Shown here one piece after another: positions 7,000-10,136 of a DNA stretch of 10,136 bases. A program made the position numbers and the translations under genes. Numbering within the stretch: the stretch's first letter is position 1; every line of letters starts with the position of its first letter. Below the pieces are notes generated by a model that saw nothing but the letters and a program-made list of their open reading frames with translations, was not told where the DNA came from and did no database searches. The DNA comes from Calditrichaceae bacterium (GTDB taxonomy: Bacteria > Calditrichota > Calditrichia > Calditrichales > JBFXGD01): positions 1 to 10,136 of the forward strand of contig JBFXGD010000132.1 of assembly GCA_050178385.1 (NCBI GenBank). The letters are read 5' to 3'.

Positions 7000-9713
7000 T
7001 GTAAATCACCTTTTTTGTATAATATAATACTCTCAGGTTCAAGCCAAAGTTTCTTATTAAATATTTCTGCACTGCTGTCTTTAGGATATATTATCGAACA
7101 GTTTTCGGGAATGTTTACTATTTGAGCGTTTTTTGAAAAATTCATATCAGCAACAACAGTGTCGTCGGTCGTATAGCGCCTGAACCGCCAGATCATTTTC
7201 TCATCGTCAAGACGCAATGTTTCCATTTTTCCGAATGATAAAGCAGAGCTCTTTTTTCTTAAATTAATAAGCGAGACATAAAAATCAAGCCATTTCGAAT
7301 TTTTTAGTCCCGGATATTCAGGCCGCATATCTCTTAATCCTAATTCCTGTCCATAATAAATTAGCGGAGTCCCGGGGACGGTGAACAACAATGACGCCAT
7401 CAATTTTGTCCGTCTCTCTCCGTATTTGCTCAAAAATCGGTCAAGATCGTGATTTTCGATATATCTCAAACTTTTCGCGGCCTGCGGATAATTTGTTTCC
7501 GTTTTTTTCAATCCATAGTCGAGAGCTGAAACCGGTTTTCGCTTATTCATAACATCCAATATATTTCCATAAAAATCTGTGTCATAAGACATATCAAATT
7601 CATTAAAATGATATGCCTGCTGCCTCGGTAAAACTTCATCAATCAAAAGGCATTCCGGATTTATCTTTTTTATTTCCCTGCGAAAATCTTTCCAGAAATC
7701 ATGTGGTACTGCCCAGGCAACATCGCAACGAAATCCATCCACCCCCAAACCTGCCCAGAACCTCGCCACATCCAGCATGAAGTGTCGCACCTGCGCATTA
7801 TTATAATTCAGATTTACAAGGGTATCCCAGTCATTATGGTATCCCCAGCTTCCGTCAGGATTCCAGTAGAACCAACCTCTCAGGGGCGATTGACTGTTCA
7901 TTGCGGCAGCCCTTACAAAGCGGTGTTGATCCGACAGATGGTTTGCAACGAAATCAAAGATCACTTTCATCCCCAGACGATGCGCGTATTGAATTAATTC
8001 TCTGTATTCTTTTATGCTGCCGTAATCCGTTTCCGTATCAAAAAGTATTGTGGGAGCGTATCCATGGTCTGTCGGACTTTCATATACCGGCATTAACCAT
8101 ACCGTATTGACACCAATCGATTTAAGGCCGGGAAGCTGTGCTTTAAGTGATTCAAAAGTCCCTGATTCCGTGTATTTTCTAAGATATATCTCATAAATGA
8201 TTGCCGTGTCTGCCCACGCCGGTGACGAGCTGAAGTCAGTGGCGATTGTCTCGCCGAAATGATTGATCAGAAGCGTAGCGGGATCTGAATAAATACCGTT
8301 TTTTTCCGTGACGGCATAATAGAAATAATTCCCTTCTTTTCTTGACTTGTCAAACTGCAGGCGGTTTCGGCTAACTATTATTCCGGATTCAGGATTGTTA
8401 AAATCTTCGTACCAATAGATTTTTTCGCCGGTCGCGGGTCCCGAATTTAATGGAATGCTTATTCTTTCTTTTTCCTCTTCCATCTTTGCGGGCGAAAAGA
8501 TCAAATTCGGTTTTTCGGAAGCCACCCGTATTAGGGAATTAAATCCGTTCCAGCCGTCTTCAATCCTTTCCGAATTCGCCGGATCCGGTATCCAGGCTTG
8601 TCCGTCCAGAACAAATTTATATTCATACTGCCCGGGAATAAGATGTATTCCCGTACTCCATGATTTTGTCTTGCCATCATACCGCATGGGATTTACTGAA
8701 TTTTGCCATTGATTGAACTCTCCCACCAGCGAAACACCCTGAAGATCCGAAACCGAATCATCCGGTTGATAAGTAAATTTTGTTTTGCTGAGTTCATTTG
8801 GCAGAACGATGATTTCGCCAATATCACTTGCTGTTTGTTTCATCGAATCAGACACGATGAGTCTGAACAGATACCGTCCGGCTGCCATCGGAACAAACAC
8901 AGGAAACGGGGTATCCGAATTTTCCAATGAATATCTTCCCACCGCTCTGACGACCGACCATTTGTATTTCACAAGAGAATCAAAATCGGGATCAAATGAA
9001 TTGGCGCCGTTAAATGCTACGGGCTGGTTTATGTGAGTAAATTGCGTATAACCCGCGTCTGCCACCGGAGGCTGATTATCATAATTTATAAACCAGATTC
9101 CTTCTTTCAATCCGATTTCGACCGTGTCTTCTATGATGATACGAAATTTCCATTGATGCTCGCCTTCGGATAACAGGGGAAATGATGTTGAGATATGACC
9201 GTCATAAACATTTAATTTTTGTGATAAACCGTCTATTTTAAATTCAAACCTAATTTCAGTTCCGGAGGCTGATCTGTCTAAAATGATCCTCAGGCTGTCG
9301 GGCTTTTTATAAAGCCAGCTGCCGGTTTCCGGGATAATTTTTGCCGAAATCTCTTCTGCCGCCGCTCGCAGATTGAGAACAGAATTTGAATACGCTCCTT
9401 CGTATTCATTGTTTTCCGGATCTCTCAACCATCTTTCACCATTCTGAACATATCTGTAAAGATATCGGCCCGGCTCGAGATATATTCGGGCTTCCCATAC
9501 GCTGTCCCCATCGGTGTCTTTGAGGTAATTGATGTTTGAGCGCCACTCATTAAAGTCACCCGCTACCGCGAGCGTATTAATATTTAACTTCTCCTGCCTG
9601 TTATCAAACCTGAATATATGGCTTATGTTTGACTTTTCGGTTTCCGTTTTTGAAACAAAATAAAATACCAGCGCAATAAAAATAATAAGTAACCGGTTAA
9701 TCCATTTTAACAT
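6996..9713 (-). CDS. Membrane-anchored or exported multidomain alpha-amylase family (GH13) enzyme with two CBM48-like glycogen-binding modules and a PKD/Ig-like domain, about 905 aa
   Basis: N-terminal basic plus hydrophobic segment (KWINRLLIIFIALVFYFV). CBM48/AMPK-beta-like modules AVAGDFNEW...LEPGRYLYRYVQNGERWLRDPEN and SLVGEFNQW...LIPGQYEYKFVLDGQAWIPDPAN. PKD-like NQPPVADAG...NGANSFDPD...YKW...GRYLFRLIVSD. Intact GH13 regions DFVANH, GFRCDVA, IDEV, YIENHD and PGTPLIYYGQELG. The track starts at TTG 9719; I prefer ATG 9713 because AGGA lies 7 nt upstream. Confidence 0.92.
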   Translation of the reverse strand: MLKWINRLLIIFIALVFYFVSKTETEKSNISHIFRFDNRQEKLNINTLAVAGDFNEWRSNINYLKDTDGDSVWEARIYLEPGRYLYRYVQNGERWLRDPENNEYEGAYSNSVLNLRAAAEEISAKIIPETGSWLYKKPDSLRIILDRSASGTEIRFEFKIDGLSQKLNVYDGHISTSFPLLSEGEHQWKFRIIIEDTVEIGLKEGIWFINYDNQPPVADAGYTQFTHINQPVAFNGANSFDPDFDSLVKYKWSVVRAVGRYSLENSDTPFPVFVPMAAGRYLFRLIVSDSMKQTASDIGEIIVLPNELSKTKFTYQPDDSVSDLQGVSLVGEFNQWQNSVNPMRYDGKTKSWSTGIHLIPGQYEYKFVLDGQAWIPDPANSERIEDGWNGFNSLIRVASEKPNLIFSPAKMEEEKERISIPLNSGPATGEKIYWYEDFNNPESGIIVSRNRLQFDKSRKEGNYFYYAVTEKNGIYSDPATLLINHFGETIATDFSSSPAWADTAIIYEIYLRKYTESGTFESLKAQLPGLKSIGVNTVWLMPVYESPTDHGYAPTILFDTETDYGSIKEYRELIQYAHRLGMKVIFDFVANHLSDQHRFVRAAAMNSQSPLRGWFYWNPDGSWGYHNDWDTLVNLNYNNAQVRHFMLDVARFWAGLGVDGFRCDVAWAVPHDFWKDFRREIKKINPECLLIDEVLPRQQAYHFNEFDMSYDTDFYGNILDVMNKRKPVSALDYGLKKTETNYPQAAKSLRYIENHDLDRFLSKYGERRTKLMASLLFTVPGTPLIYYGQELGLRDMRPEYPGLKNSKWLDFYVSLINLRKKSSALSFGKMETLRLDDEKMIWRFRRYTTDDTVVADMNFSKNAQIVNIPENCSIIYPKDSSAEIFNKKLWLEPESIILYKKGDLQ

Positions 9714-9742
9714 GTGCAAATCCTGTTTATTTAGAAGTTTTC

Positions 9743-9771
9743 TTGAAAATTAGGTAATCCTGTATTAAAAT
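9743..9771 (+). promoter_or_regulatory. Putative sigma70-type promoter facing the gene at 9979
   Basis: TTGAAA (9743-9748), 17-bp spacer, TAAAAT (9766-9771). Each hexamer matches consensus at 5/6. The AT-rich context raises the chance of a random match. Confidence 0.4.
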
Positions 9772-9774
9772 CAA
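9747..9774 (-). promoter_or_regulatory. Putative promoter for the GH13-TPR operon
   Basis: Minus-strand TTGATT (9774-9769), 16-bp spacer, TAATTT (9752-9747), about 33 nt upstream of the ATG at 9713. The -10-like hexamer is the same as the one before the other GH13 gene. Confidence 0.35.
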
Positions 9775-9866
9775 GGAGATTGATCACGACAAAGACATCA
9801 GAAAATGATTTCTTTTTAAAAAAAACAGGCTTCTTTACTAAAAATCCTTTAAATTATCCAAAAATT

Positions 9867-9877
9867 TCAACGGTTGA
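9867..9877. promoter_or_regulatory. Palindrome TCAAC-G-GTTGA, candidate transcription factor site
   Basis: Perfect 5-1-5 inverted repeat in the divergent intergenic region, directly followed by TATAAT (9879-9884). Confidence 0.25.
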
Positions 9878-9978
9878 CTATAATTTATGAATATATTTTT
9901 TACCGATGAGACACATTCCGATTACCGGCAAAATGATATTTTTACAGACATTTTTCAAAATCAATACGGAGGTTTTTG

Positions 9979-10136
9979 ATGAAGAAGATAATTACGTTCA
10001 CCTTTTTGTTGTTTATGATGATATCCACTTCATACGCGCAGCACCCGTTTACTGAATTTAAAGTAGGTTTTCTCAACCCATCAGGAGCCAGTACGGGTTT
10101 TTACGGCGGCGTTAATTTTGGCCGGGCCGTGGATGA
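9979..10136 (+). CDS. 5' part of a secreted protein, possibly an outer-membrane beta-barrel (truncated by the window end)
   Basis: Not in the ORF track. Strong SD GGAGG (9968-9972) 6 nt before the ATG at 9979. The frame is open to the window end: MKKIITFTFLLFMMISTSYA-QHPFTEFKVGFLNPSGASTGFYGGVNFGRAVD. It begins with a classic Sec signal peptide, followed by Gly/aromatic-rich alternating segments resembling barrel strands. Confidence 0.8.
   Translation, partial: MKKIITFTFLLFMMISTSYAQHPFTEFKVGFLNPSGASTGFYGGVNFGRAVD

Noticed and set aside
226..9036. The short (61-98 aa) alternative-frame and antisense ORFs in the track
   Set aside because: All lie within or largely overlap long, motif-supported genes and show no recognisable motifs. 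They are consistent with shadow ORFs.
9813..9825. T5-A8 homopolymer run, and A7 runs inside genes, as phase-variation or frameshift sites
   Set aside because: The runs are short and expected in AT-rich DNA, and all the reading frames are intact.
9780..9890. 36-codon TTG-start ORF (LITTKTSENDFFLKKTGFFTKNPLNYPKISTVDYNL) after AAGGAG, as a possible leader peptide
   Set aside because: The SD is only 1 nt from the TTG and would lie at or before the predicted TSS. No attenuator hairpins are visible, and the composition reflects AT-rich intergenic DNA.
1..10136. CRISPR arrays, tRNA/rRNA, IS elements, tandem repeats, and frequent CCGG/CCGGA words as a repeat family
   Set aside because: No periodic repeats, terminal inverted repeats, transposase motifs or RNA gene signatures were seen. 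The CCGG words fall mostly in coding sequence and are explained by codon usage such as CCG-GAx and xCC-GGx.

Overview
AT-rich bacterial window with five complete protein-coding genes and one truncated gene. I see no RNA genes, mobile elements or CRISPR array. On the + strand: an iodotyrosine deiodinase (IYD)-type flavoprotein of the nitroreductase superfamily (61-729); a very large cytoplasmic GH13 alpha-amylase-family protein whose conserved NHD motif reads NPD (852-4373); and a long-form pterin/Fe-dependent aromatic amino acid hydroxylase, PhhA-like (4509-6254). Converging on these from the - strand, with a 1-bp gap between stop codons, is a two-gene unit: a membrane-anchored or exported multidomain GH13 (two CBM48-like modules plus a PKD/Ig-like module; 9713-6996) translationally coupled to a TPR protein (6999-6256). 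A divergent signal-peptide gene missing from the ORF track starts at 9979 and runs off the window. The most interesting leads are a possible halo-aromatic amino acid link between the deiodinase and the hydroxylase, the atypical GH13 active site with a LacI/MalR-like operator upstream, and the uncharacterised extra domains of the hydroxylase and both GH13 proteins. All calls come from reading motifs by eye, with no database searches. The region may simply be ordinary metabolic genes next to each other.
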